Shown piece by piece: positions 61,101 to 64,000 of a DNA stretch of 64,000 nucleotides. The DNA lies in NCBI GenBank assembly GCA_013239625.1, contig MU053873.1, forward strand, positions 2,494,524-2,558,523, read 5' to 3'. A program made the translations under genes and the position numbers. A model generated the notes under the pieces. The model was not told the DNA's origin. It saw only the letters and a program-made list of their open reading frames with translations, and did not search any database. Positions within the stretch are counted from its first letter, which is position 1, and every line of letters begins with the position of its first letter. This stretch comes from Lama guanicoe. Taxonomy: Eukaryota.

Positions 61101-61654
61101 GAAAGCCAGGGTCCCTAAATGACACTAGCAAACAGATACTGATGTTCTGGGGCTGGAGAACTTGGCTTTCCAAGACCTGGCACTAACAGGATTTCAATTT
61201 GAGCTTTTAAATATTTCATGCTCCCCCTGCAGATCTCAGGAGGAGGGCTGTGGGATTCACAGAGGTGGAAGCCGGGGCCTCTCCTTGCCTGGCCTTTTGG
61301 GGCCAGGATTTGAAACGTAGCTCTGAGTGGAAATAAACAAAGAGACATATGGTGAGGAGGGCTTGTCTCTTTGAGAGAAGAAGGGAGTGGTGAAAAGAGA
61401 ATTCACCAGCTGGGTGTGACTGAGGGAAAGAGGAGTCTCAATTTATAGATAAGGGAAATGAAACCCAGTTTTCTTATCTCTAAGGGAAACAAGGTCTCTT
61501 ACCTGAGGCCACCCAGCGAGTCCATGGCATTCACTAGAATGTAGAACACTTCATTCCATGATGGTGGCTGGGGGGGTGCAGATTTCCCTCTCCATTGATT
61601 TTGATGGCTCCCCAGAGTCAAGACCAGTTTGCATATTGCAGGACCCCATAAGTA

Positions 61655-62700
61655 TTTTTAAATAAACTCTATTAATACGTAACATACATGCCAAAAGATG
61701 CATAAGTCACAAGTTGCACAAGGGTGCAACCAATCAATTTTTACAAATCAAACACAGGACTGAGCTCAAGACACACAAAATTCCCAGCTTCCCCCACCCC
61801 ATCCTCAACTACCCAGAGACTGTCATACTCCCAAGTCACTATCCAACTCCAAAAAACCACCACCCTCCTAACCCCTAACACGGTTTGTACAGCTGCTGAA
61901 CTTGAGGTAGACAGACTCTCACGGCATGTGATCTCGTGTCTGCCTTCTTTCACCCAAAATTATATCTGTGAGATTCATCCATGTTTTTATATGTGTCTGT
62001 GGTTTGTTCACTGCCATGGTGCTTGGTTTTACACTGTGTGAACGTACCACCATTTCTTTAGCCATGCTTCCATTGTAAGCATTTGGGTTGTTTCTACCCG
62101 GGACTAAAGCAAATAGTGCTGCCATAAACTTTTTTTTACAAGTCTCCTAGTGCATATATGTATATATTTCTGTTGGATTTATACCAAGAAGTGGAATTAC
62201 TAAGTCACATGATACACATGAACTTGGCTTTAGTAGATGCCAACAAACAGATTTCCCAAATGGCTATATCAATTTGGTCTCCTACAAATAATGTAAAATA
62301 GTTTCAGTTACTCCATCTCACCGATGCTTGGTATCCCCTAGCTTTCTACATATCTTAACCACTATGGTGTGTGTGCAGAAGTACCACATTGTGATTTTAA
62401 TCTGTGTTATTCTGTTGACTCCTGAAACTGAACATATAATATGTCTACTGGTCATTTTGATACCCATTTGGGTGAAATGCCTATTCAGGCCTTTTGTCCA
62501 TTTTTCCATAGGATTATCTGCCTTTCTCATGTTGACTGTGGGAGTCCTTTATTTGGTCTAGATAAGAGTTCTTCATCAAGTAAATGGATTTCAATTATCT
62601 TCTTATTCTATTTCTTACCCTCTTAAGAGTCCTTCAATGAATATTCTCAATTTTCATCTTAAGTTTAACATGATTTATCTATTTTTATCCCCCCAACCCC
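61655..62700 (-). mobile_element. old L1 (L1MD/ME-like) 3' region
   Basis: 'tctgtgagattcatccatg', 'ccaagaagtggaattact', 'gggtgaaatgcctattcagg'. Confidence 0.88.
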
Positions 62701-62879
62701 AAATTACCTGTTTGGTGAAGAAATGCTGCTGGGAATAGAAGCAAGGTGTCTTGGCAGCCTGGCTATTCTTATTTTACATGCTTTAAATGAGGAAATTCAA
62801 GTGTCAATAGTGTATTTTAGAAGAACTTTTTACATAAGGTGTGGTATTCTGCCTACAGCCAACTGCTGCCCCTATACAA

Positions 62880-63350
62880 GTATTCATTCAGTTAACACCT
62901 ATTTTTAAGGACCAACTCTGTGCCAGACTCTGTCCTCAGTGCTAGAGGTATGACAGCAGAAAACCAAGCCCCTGTTTATGTTTTAGTAAGAGACAGAAAC
63001 CATACACAAGTCAACTAGTAGAGATGTATTGATAAGCACTAAAAGTAAAATCACAGGGATGACAGGAGTGAAGTGACTGGGGAGGGGTCAGAGAGTCCTC
63101 TCCAGGGTGATGGTTGAGCTGGGAGCTTAATGATGAGAAGTAACTGGACTTGCAGAGGCCTAGTGGAAGAGGGCTCCAGACAGAGGAAGTGTGGAAGCCT
63201 TAGTGTCTGAGGGTCACAAAAGAAGGCAGTGTGACTTGTGCACATTAAGTGGAGAGAGAGAGAGGAGATGCCGTTGAGTTGTGAAGGGCCATGGACATGA
63301 GCTAGAACATAGTGGGGAATTATATCTGATTCTCCATGTCGATAACAGTT
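62880..63350 (-). mobile_element. LINE L2 3' fragment
   Basis: 'tattcattcag...ctctgtgccagactctgtcctcagtgctagagg'. Confidence 0.8.
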
Positions 63351-64000
63351 TTGCTGCTGGGTGTATCAATCTGCACCTACTGTTCCTTCTACTTCCAACA
63401 CTCTTCCCTTCTTCATTCTCCTGAATAGTATTAAACACTCAGGACTTGGCCCAGACACCACCTTCTCTGTGCAATCCTCTTTATCTCTCTCTGCCCCTTC
63501 TCTTTTACACACACGCACACACATGGCAGAGTGAGCCCATTCCTCCTCTGTGCATTTCACCATGAAAGCATTTCATACAAGGGGCCTGCATTTCTTTGTC
63601 CCTTGGGAAGCAGTTACTCAAAGATGGACCTTCTGATTCAGGGTGGTGTCACATGAAGGGAACACAACCATGGTTATAATATGGGGGTGCTTGCTGTGTA
63701 CCAGCTCCATGCTACCCATTTTCCCGTTTCATCACATTTCTTCCTCACAAATATCCTAGGACGTAGGTGCTACTGTTATCCCATTTGACAAAGAATTGAG
63801 GCTTCAGGAGGTGAAGTGACTCTTGACCTAATCCACCTATGCTGAGCGCCAACTTCACCCCCTCAGGAAAGTCCTTCCTAGCTAAAATCACCTCCCACGC
63901 AAATCAGACCCTGCTCCAGGGAGACCTGCGACTCCCTGAGGTAGCCCTGAGCCCAGCCTGTCACCGTGCCTTTATCTGTGCCAGTACTGGATCATGTCTG

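Noticed and set aside
1..64000. ORF-track entries as genes (e.g. 196 aa at 37192-37782; 169 and 162 aa at ~10.1-10.6 kb; 156 aa at 16648-17118)
   Set aside because: They are short, overlap on both strands, are often low-complexity or inside repeats, and show no recognisable domains or consistent exon structure.

Overview
Non-coding mammalian genomic DNA. Three TSD-flanked tRNA-derived SINEs resemble the camelid (alpaca/camel) SINE as I recall it, and I see no Alu, B1/B2 or BovB/Bov-tA. I can support no protein-coding exon, tRNA/rRNA gene or CRISPR array; the ORF track is explained by chance and repeat remnants. The window is dominated by old eutherian repeats: a very dense set of MIR and L2 fragments, MaLR/ERVL solo LTRs, hAT/TcMar MITEs and a ~6 kb nested L1 pile at 51.7-57.7 kb. 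Between them sit about ten repeat-free, AT-rich 150-450 bp islands packed with homeodomain, PBX/MEIS, POU, TCF and forkhead motifs, which look like conserved non-coding enhancers of a developmental or neural locus. The most notable signals are two related REST/NRSF RE1-like sites 2.1 kb apart that appear to descend from one perfect CpG-containing RE1, a near-perfect RFX X-box, and the enhancer-like archipelago. All repeat family names are from visual recognition, not a database search; boundaries without TSDs are approximate. I found no evidence of a wholly new biological system.
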